A stretch of DNA of 64,000 nucleotides from positions 640,001-704,000 of the forward strand of contig OY729428.2 of assembly GCA_963422375.2 (NCBI GenBank), read 5' to 3'. Position 1 is the stretch's first letter; each line of letters starts with the position of its first letter. This DNA is from Bryobacterales bacterium (GTDB lineage Bacteria; Acidobacteriota; Terriglobia; Bryobacterales; UBA6623). Positions 63,607 through 64,000 of this stretch are shown here, one piece after another. The translations under genes and the position numbers were made by a program. Below the pieces are notes generated by a model. That model was not told the origin of the DNA and did not search any database. It was given only the letters and a program-made list of their open reading frames with translations.

Positions 63607-64000
63607 CGGGGCACTCCAGGGCCTTGCGGAGATTGTCGCCGCAGCGGGACAGGAGGCTCCGAGCCTCGGCGAGTCCCGTCTCTCGCTGCAGCATCAGGAT
63701 AGCGAGGCGCACGTTCTGGCCGGCCTCGGCCAGGCACCGCCGGGCCTCGCCCGGCCCGCATCCGGTCACCTCGGCGACGATTCGCTCGGCCCGGCGCGCC
63801 AGCTTGCGGTTCTTCACCTGCACGTTGACCATGAGGTTGCCAAGGACGCACCCGGTGCGGATCATCAGCCCCGTCGAGAGCATGTTGAGAACGAGCTTCT
63901 GCGCCGTGCCGCTCTTCATGCGGGTCGAGCCGGTCACGACCTCCGGCCCGACGGCCGGGGTGATCGGGAAGTCCACCGCCCTCTCCAGGGCGGAGCCGCG
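63599..64000 (-). CDS. murQ: N-acetylmuramic acid 6-phosphate etherase, 3' part (runs off the window)
   Basis: GPEVVTGSTRMKSGTAQKLVLNMLST...GNLMV. Confidence 0.93.
   Translation of the reverse strand, partial: RGSALERAVDFPITPAVGPEVVTGSTRMKSGTAQKLVLNMLSTGLMIRTGCVLGNLMVNVQVKNRKLARRAERIVAEVTGCGPGEARRCLAEAGQNVRLAILMLQRETGLAEARSLLSRCGDNLRKALECPDA

Overview
High-GC bacterial chromosome segment. The gene repertoire (DUF1501 and DUF1549/DUF1553 genes, acidobacterial-type TonB, MacAB/TolC-like efflux, Rpn gene, many IS remnants) suggests an Acidobacteriota-like, possibly host-associated organism; this is inference only. Housekeeping genes (mutL, secA, argD, surE, coaE, murQ, rnhA, four tRNAs) are interleaved with decayed mobile regions: three IS1595 copies, a degenerate IS200/IS605 tnpB, an ISAs1 relic, an Rpn gene with a dead partial duplicate, and a low-GC relic island at tRNA-Pro. 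The most unusual observations are: (1) one ORF fusing ribosome-maturation factor RbfA, through a signal-peptide-like segment, to an ApbE flavin transferase; (2) an RNase HI with two tandem domains, the second lacking catalytic residues; (3) an archaeal-type ACT/DUF5612 protein; (4) an orphan CapW/BrxR-type WYL regulator. No CRISPR array, rRNA or reverse transcriptase was seen. All family assignments come from motif recognition by eye, not from database searches.
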